From Raillietiella orientalis (lineage: Eukaryota): a stretch of DNA of 64,000 nucleotides. Shown piece by piece: positions 61,001 through 64,000 of this stretch. Location: positions 744,001 through 808,000 of the forward strand of contig JAYWIR010000025.1 in assembly GCA_036172245.1 (NCBI GenBank), in the 5' to 3' direction. The position numbers were made by a program, and so were the translations under genes. The notes under the pieces are model-generated. The model was not told the origin of the DNA. It made no database searches and worked only from the letters and a program-made list of their open reading frames with translations. Each line of letters begins with the position of its first letter. Positions within the stretch are counted from its first letter, which is position 1.

Positions 61001-64000
61001 TGGACTCTTGAATAACATATTCGGATTTTCATTTTCTTCTTTTTGTTCTCAGATAGCTGTCAACTTTTCATTTTCGAATACAAACATTACGCAAATGATT
61101 TCATAATAGAAAATGCACGAGTGCATTGACATCGATAAGGCACAATGAGATAAGCACAATCTGACAATTTTGTCAGTCTTTCATGCACTTAGAGATGATG
61201 CCCCCTTATACATGTACAATAGATCACAAATCAACTGAGAATATGCCGTCATTTACAAAAGACTATAGCTTCCCTCAAATAATTATGTGACACACACACA
61301 CACACACAAAAAAAAAATTATATGGTTGCAAAAGACACTGGATTGTATTTCAAAACCATGTCTTAGGGTCTTCAGTATCTTAGGGTCACTCAACGAGATT
61401 CTCGATATCTATCCAAAATGTGCTACGCACAAAATTATCTAGAAAAAGCTCTTCACTTCAAGTTGAGTCTACCTCAGACGCAGAGTGCGCTTTTTATGAG
61501 AATCCTAAAATACGGTCATAAGAAATGTCCATGTCTTTCTCCTTTTTTGCAAAAGGAGTTTGGCATCTTGTTTGCGGACCCACTAATGCACTCATTGAAA
61601 TTCCAAGTCAATAACTGTCAGAAGCTAAACGGCTGTTTAACGCATATACCGTTTTAGGATATTACCGGTACATGACAAATACTGTCAACTGGTACTTAAA
61701 ATCAAATTATTGAAATTAAGCCAATCCATTGTATAATTTAAGTTTTCATGAAGCACGTATCTGCTTACCAGATATGTGCGTTATGAAAAGTGGGCTTAAT
61801 GATGATCCACCAACGGATTACTCAACTGGAGAAAATTAGGATTTCAGTATGCATCATTATCTACGGTACCTGGGCAGTTTCAAAACAAATCAGAGTTCCA
61901 GAAAATTTTCTAATCTAGCTTCTGCCAACGTGAACACATCCATTTAAATAGAGAAAATGACTTTATTCTTGCAATGGATATCACAATGGAGATTGTAGTT
62001 ATTATAAGAGAATCATTCGATGAGAAGCTGGCTCTAGAGTGTGAAATCAATGAATTTCGCGGTGATTAATGACACATGGACAGTTTTTTTTTCCTTCAAT
62101 GCACCCTCTGATGGACTGAGCTCAAAAGGAAAACCAAATATAGATTATAATGAGCTAAAACACTTTGAGCATCAATGCTGAATTCATGAAAATTCATTGT
62201 TAACGAGAGAAAATTTCAATGCCAAAATGACGGTAGATAAATAACATGCAGTACATATTTTGAATCGATTTCCAAATAAATTAAAGAAATGCACAGCAGT
62301 AGAATGTAATGATGGCAAAGGATTAGCCAATTAACAATGCAAAAGGTGTTTTGGTATCTCCGGATACAACCAGTAAAATTTCTCATCACTGATGGTTCGG
62401 ACTCATCACACAATTAAAGTTCAAAGGAAATCTGGAAAAATGCTGAGCATATTGCCCAAAAAACGAAATGAGATAATCAAAAACACTATCCATTCCATAC
62501 GTTTTGAATTCACATCACCGTTAATATCAACAGATTGCTTTCCGATGAAAAAGGCAGGACTTCAAGGGGAACTGAAACGAAGTAATACCAACTTCATAGA
62601 GATGTGAGCTGTTTTATTGTTCTGATGAATTAGAACGAATGAGCAAAGTATCGTTAGAATTGAACTTTCTAGCGCCTTTTGCGGTTTTTCGATTAGCCTC
62701 GGGGGTTGCTCCCAAGTTGCTGAACAATTCGCTTTTGAAGTGAGAGTTTGCGAAATACTTGGTCGAGTTAAAATTACCCCTGTAAAAAAAACTCTTGGTT
62801 CCTCAAATTGAAAATCGTCCTCAAACATGTCTGTCAGTGTTCTTTAACGTTCTCCTGTGATTTTCCCTACTCCTTTGCAATAGTTCGTTGTCACGTAGTT
62901 ATGTCAACCAGTGGTCGCTCAGAGTCCACTGCAGCATTCCAAATTGTGGAATAGAATGTGGCACATTACTCTCAACAACCAACTCCTCACTTCGATTCTT
63001 GGTGTGCTTCATTTTCCACTTGTGTTCCAGACTGTTCTGATTTCCAAATCATCTGAATGCCTGATTCCACTGATTATCTGAACTCAGCACAAAGTTCAAC
63101 AGGGAGAGGGCCTGCACTTTGAGAAGGGAAAAAGCATTTTTCAACTTCCACTGATACTGCCCACAGCTGAATTTCTGACGAAACAGTACGACTTGTTTCT
63201 TCGACATGGTTTTCCACCTTCAAGGAAATCTGCGAACCGCAAAACCGTAATCTGTATTCACTCAAGAGGAAATTTATTTTAGATAGAAGCTTTCGATCTG
63301 CTAGGGGCAGCCATGCTAGTGATTTATAACCGCGTAGTTTTCAAGATGTTTTTGTACCGCACTTGTCGTATACATGGAAGAATTCCGATTCAAATACAAC
63401 ACACACGACTGTTTGATTTTGAGGGCCATGCTCAGACTGTGAGAATTGACAACTGGAAAGCTAAAGATGGTTTTCAAATGTACTGTGCTGGTCAAAAGTG
63501 GACAACTATGCCACACACACAGAAAGAAAAAGCTGTTTGTAGTGCCGTCTGTACTTGAAGCACTTACTGTGTGAAATCAGTGGAGGACACAGCATCGAAA
63601 AATGCGGCACGTTATCGAAATCAGATGCTGTACTTAAGTAACAAACATGTTTTCCATGCTGGGTCACCCGCTGAAGTCAAATACGCATTACTTCCATGAA
63701 GATAAGCAGACTACCGGACAAGGTGCTGCGGCAATTTTCCCAGGAAAAAAAAAAAAAAAAAAAAAAACGCTAATCTGGATGGTTTTTTAAAGAACAAATG
63801 CTTGCTCGGAAGTGCATGTAGTTATGTTCGAATGTGATGCAGTGAATTCGGTATTGGCAATTGCAAAATAACATGCTGAAATCTTTTGTTGCAAGCATGA
63901 CTTTGCAAAGGGAAGTGACACAAGTGGCTGCTTACTTGTAGCCAACAAGATATTTTCGTATTCCCCGTATAAGATTGTTGTGCTTAGATTTGTATGTATG

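Noticed and set aside
58400..64000. Short ORFs and possible transposon relics in the right flank
   Set aside because: No recognisable motif, repeat structure or consistent exon chain.

Overview
Eukaryotic (animal, probably arthropod) nuclear DNA with very short spliceosomal introns. Five protein-coding genes can be reconstructed by hand: a 7-exon YIPF1/Yip1-family gene (432-3254,+); an intronless ADAT3 ORF nested on the same strand inside YIPF1 intron 3; a secreted PAN/apple-plus-ZP cuticle/apical ECM protein (8237-13485,-); a 9-exon pepsin-family (A1) aspartic protease with a GC-AG intron (27728-30354,-); and a SMYD4-like TPR-SET-MYND methyltransferase (55865-58007,+). The flanks are AT-rich and CpG-depleted. 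Most of ~10-49.5 kb is GC- and CpG-rich and holds a tRNA-derived SINE-like family (at least 7 pieces), other dispersed repeats, a mitochondrial atp6 insertion (NUMT), a dead copy of one protease exon and an AT-rich minisatellite. The most interesting arrangement is ADAT3: it has no usable in-frame ATG of its own but has a phase-0 acceptor matching the YIPF1 5' exons, so the two unrelated proteins may be made from one transcription unit by alternative 3' splice-site choice. Most ORF-track entries between 14 and 50 kb are spurious GC-rich open frames.
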